A stretch of DNA of 41,153 nucleotides, from contig JAEOTR010000081.1 in NCBI GenBank assembly GCA_016839705.1, positions 1-41,153 on the forward strand, read 5' to 3'. The notes beneath the pieces were generated by a model. That model made no database searches, had not been told where the DNA came from, and saw only the letters and a list, made by a program, of their open reading frames with translations. Below are positions 39,399 through 41,153 of the stretch, piece after piece. This DNA comes from Promethearchaeota archaeon. Its GTDB lineage: Archaea; Asgardarchaeota; Lokiarchaeia; Sigyniarchaeales; SOKP01. The position numbers and the translations under genes were made by a program. Each line of letters starts with the position of its first letter. Position 1 is the stretch's first letter.

Positions 39399-40619
39399 AT
39401 GCATATGACATTCACTATAGGAATAATAGGAAAACCTAGTAGTGGAAAAACTACATTCTTGAATGCTGCCTGTTTGACAAACGCCAAAGTTAGTGAGTTA
39501 CCATTTACTACAATTGATCCTAATCGAGGGGTTGCTTATGTAAAAACAAAATGTGTTTGTAATGATTTAAACGTAGAAGATAATCCTAAAAACTCGCTTT
39601 GTATAGATGGGTTTCGCTTCATTCCCATTAATATGTTAGATGTTGCAGGACTAGTCCCTGATGCTCATAAAGGTAAAGGTTTAGGGAATAAGTTTTTGAA
39701 TGATTTAATCAAAGCGGATGTTCTTTTACACATTGTAGATATTTCTGGATCGCTTGATAAATCGGGTAATATCGTTTCCTTGGGTAAAACTGACCCTTTT
39801 GATGATATATTATTCTTAGAGAACGAAATAAATTTGTGGTTTAAAAGTATTATTGAGAGAGAGGATTGGAATAAATTCACTAAGGTTATGGTAACCGAAA
39901 AAAGAAAAATTGTTGAAAGCTTGTATGAAAGACTCTCAGGATTGAAAATTAATAAAACCCAGATAATTTTAACATTGAAAAATTCTAAACTTGATAATAA
40001 AAATCCTTCCTCTTGGACAGAATTGGATCTACTCCTTTTTTCAGAAACTTTAAGAAAAATATCTAAACCCACTTTGATTGTGGCTAATAAAATTGATAAA
40101 CAAACTAGTGAGAAGAATTTAATAGATTTAAAAAAAAACTATAATGGACCTATTATTCCCTGTAGTGCTTTAGCAGAACATTTATTACGAGAATATCATG
40201 AAAAAAAGATTATCAAATATATTCCTGGTTCTGATGATTTTGAATTAATCAATGAACAGCATTTAAAAGTAAATGAATTAGAAGCATTAAATAAAATAAA
40301 AAAGAAAATTTTAATACCATTTAACGGTACTGGCATTCAAAATGTTTTGAATTATGCTTCAAGTAATATAGCTGATCAAATTTGTGTATATCCTGTATCA
40401 GATATTAACACATTTTCGGATAACAAGGAAAATATTTTACCAGATGCATTTCTTGTTAAAAAAGGTACACGATTAAGAGATTTTGTAAGAGATAAAATTC
40501 ATAGTGATTTAGCAGAGAATTTTATGTTTGGGATTGATGCAAAAACTAAAAAACGATTAGGGGAAAATTATGAGTTACAAGATAAAGATGTAATAAAGAT
40601 TGTTACCTCAAACAGGTAA
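39399..40619 (+). CDS. ychF: YchF/Obg-family translation-associated NTPase (archaeal type)
   Basis: GKPSSGKT, PFTTIDPN, DVAGLV, GLGNKFL, NKID, and C-terminal TGS domain IHSDL. Confidence 0.92.
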   Translation: MHMTFTIGIIGKPSSGKTTFLNAACLTNAKVSELPFTTIDPNRGVAYVKTKCVCNDLNVEDNPKNSLCIDGFRFIPINMLDVAGLVPDAHKGKGLGNKFLNDLIKADVLLHIVDISGSLDKSGNIVSLGKTDPFDDILFLENEINLWFKSIIEREDWNKFTKVMVTEKRKIVESLYERLSGLKINKTQIILTLKNSKLDNKNPSSWTELDLLLFSETLRKISKPTLIVANKIDKQTSEKNLIDLKKNYNGPIIPCSALAEHLLREYHEKKIIKYIPGSDDFELINEQHLKVNELEALNKIKKKILIPFNGTGIQNVLNYASSNIADQICVYPVSDINTFSDNKENILPDAFLVKKGTRLRDFVRDKIHSDLAENFMFGIDAKTKKRLGENYELQDKDVIKIVTSNR

Positions 40620-40858
40620 TATCTCAAATTTTCACTTTTCTTGTTTTGAACTAAGGAGAATATAAACTAATATTATAATTAGTAGGATAATCCCTAAAGT
40701 GACTATGATAAAATTAAATACTTCTAAATCATCTGTAGTTTGAAAAAGAAACAAGACCAATAATAGAATTAAAATATTTAATTTCATAATAATGCATATT
40801 TAATGGAAAATTATAAAATTTCTTATTTTCAAGGAAAACTAAAGTTATCATAATTAAG

Positions 40859-40960
40859 TGGACCTGACGGGAATTGAACCCGTGACCTCTTGAGTGCAAC
40901 ACTTGCACCAAGCGGATTGCTTGTAATGTGTCAAGCGATCTTCCACTGATCTACAGGCCC
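40859..40960 (-). tRNA. tRNA-Ala(TGC) with a 30-nt intron at 32/33 (40900-40929)
   Basis: GGGCCTG/CAGGTCC acceptor stem with G3-U70, spliced loop CTTGCAC, and BHB helix CTTG/CAAG. Confidence 0.93.
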
Positions 40961-41031
40961 AAAGTTAAAAAATAAGAGAAGAATGTTTATTAAAACCCTT
41001 CAATTCAGAAATTCCTTTTTTATTTAAAAAA

Positions 41032-41153
<122 letters not shown>

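Noticed and set aside
2225-40072. Many short antisense or alternative-frame ORFs (e.g. 14865-15410, 36188-36520, 6047-6445, 39665-40072)
   Set aside because: They are shadows of well-supported genes and carry no independent motifs.
40729-40911. 60-aa minus-strand ORF
   Set aside because: Overlaps tRNA-Ala and its intron; spurious.

Overview
AT-rich core-genome window from an Asgard archaeon, most likely Lokiarchaeia/Promethearchaeia. The assignment rests on a Loki-type profilin, a Rab/Ras-like GTPase, a roadblock protein, a RING-H2-like protein and archaeal information-processing genes. The left end is the 5' end of a 23S rRNA gene with its own apparent promoter. The right end is the 3' end of a 16S rRNA gene followed by tRNA-Ala. 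Both are on the minus strand, so the rRNA genes are unlinked and about 40.7 kb apart. Between them are about 40 housekeeping CDSs: translation and ribosome biogenesis (aRF1, aIF2beta, NMD3, RIO1, Dim2, Tsr3, YchF), TFB, Rpo12, RPA1/RPA2, FtsZ, thermosome, Get3, and CoA, methanofuran and proline enzymes. Two genes are missing from the ORF track: Rpo12 and aIF1/SUI1. Main finding: aIF1, the start-codon fidelity factor, has no AUG/GUG/UUG start. Tandem in-frame stops sit just upstream, and the best start is an AUU with a Shine-Dalgarno element, which suggests an infC-like autoregulatory loop. Second finding: all six tRNA genes contain introns, eight in total. Six are at non-canonical positions (21/22 twice, 32/33 twice, 48/49, 59/60), and two tRNAs carry two introns each. 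Also notable are a profilin fused to an extra C-terminal helical domain and a PAC3/PAC4-like proteasome chaperone. No mobile element or CRISPR array was seen. All calls come from reading the sequence; no searches were run.
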